This document shows, in pieces, positions 63,746 through 64,000 of a stretch of 64,000 nt of DNA; position 1 is the stretch's first letter, and each line of letters starts with the position of its first letter. The position numbers were made by a program, and so were the translations under genes. Source of the DNA: Clostridia bacterium (lineage in GTDB: Bacteria > Bacillota > Clostridia > Oscillospirales > Acutalibacteraceae); the NCBI GenBank assembly GCA_017397845.1, contig JAFQHU010000011.1:5666-69665 (forward strand), in the 5' to 3' direction. The notes under the pieces were generated by a model that saw nothing but the letters and a program-made list of their open reading frames with translations, did not search any database and was not told the DNA's origin.

Positions 63746-64000
63746 TAAAAATACACGTTTTCTTATAGTGGGTCTCGGTCTTCTCGGCGGTTCGTATGCC
63801 CGCGGACTTACGGGAAAGGGATACTATGTGGAAGCCATAACCAAGGATGAAATGGATGCTGAATTTGCTCTTGAACATAAAATGGTTCAGAAAGCAACCA
63901 CAGAGATAGATACGGAAATGATAAAAAGTGCAGATGTTATAATTTTTACTCTTTATCCCGGCACCTTTGTTAAGTGGATTGAGGAAAACGGAAAGCTTAT
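63735..64000 (+). CDS. tyrA: Prephenate dehydrogenase, N-terminal part; 3' end outside window (not in the ORF track)
   Basis: ATG 63735 overlaps the aroA 3' end. MTINKNTRFLIVGLGLLGGSYARGL is a GxGxxG Rossmann start typical of TyrA. The frame stays open to the window end. Confidence 0.75.
   Translation, partial: MTINKNTRFLIVGLGLLGGSYARGLTGKGYYVEAITKDEMDAEFALEHKMVQKATTEIDTEMIKSADVIIFTLYPGTFVKWIEENGKL

Noticed and set aside
1-64000. Search for tRNA, rRNA, CRISPR arrays, IS elements, integrases, phage genes or toxin-antitoxin pairs
   Set aside because: I saw no direct-repeat/spacer arrays, no cloverleaf-like GC-rich ~75-nt segments in the intergenic regions, and no transposase, integrase or recombinase motifs (DDE, tyrosine or serine recombinase) in any long ORF. 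The window looks like a stable chromosomal backbone rather than a mobile island.

Overview
Low-GC (about 40%) Firmicutes/Clostridia-type chromosomal segment. Gene content resembles a gut or rumen anaerobe, but the taxon cannot be fixed from the sequence alone. Most of the window is core housekeeping in classic Firmicutes synteny:
- rplU-prp-rpmA
- a Phe T-box leader followed by pheS-pheT
- pcrA
- pyrH-frr-uppS-cdsA-dxr-rseP-ispG-polC
- a long aromatic amino-acid operon: aminotransferase-pheA-aroB-aroC-aroE/aroK fusion-aroQ-aroA-tyrA (3' truncated)
- a minus-strand oxidative-stress operon (Fur/PerR-like regulator, reverse rubrerythrin, BFD-like protein, rubredoxin) with a 7-1-7 Fur-type box

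Interspersed are envelope and carbohydrate genes: a TagF-like fragment, acyltransferase-3, GH2, GH28, nagB, a GlpQ-type phosphodiesterase, a three-gene GT-C-like/GT2/GtrA glycosylation module, a bile-salt-hydrolase-family Ntn hydrolase and secreted esterases.

I found no tRNA, rRNA, CRISPR array, transposase, integrase or phage genes.

The outstanding unexplained object is an 8.9-kb ORF (44579-53461). It encodes a 2,960-aa secreted, acidic protein built from five divergent ~375-440-aa modules with no motif I can assign. It is preceded by two small membrane-protein genes and a tandem pair of near-perfect palindromes.

Other observations worth follow-up:
- The giant protein, a secreted esterase and a small Cys-rich secreted protein all end in a similar Phe/Trp/Lys-rich amphipathic tail.
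- PolC has no 3'-5' exonuclease insertion, while the PHP metal-ligand positions look intact.
- A consensus promoter plus a 12-codon Phe/Tyr-rich mini-ORF sits upstream of the aromatic operon.
- A free-standing 37-codon Phe-rich peptide gene has its own promoter and terminator.
- Several structured intergenic elements.
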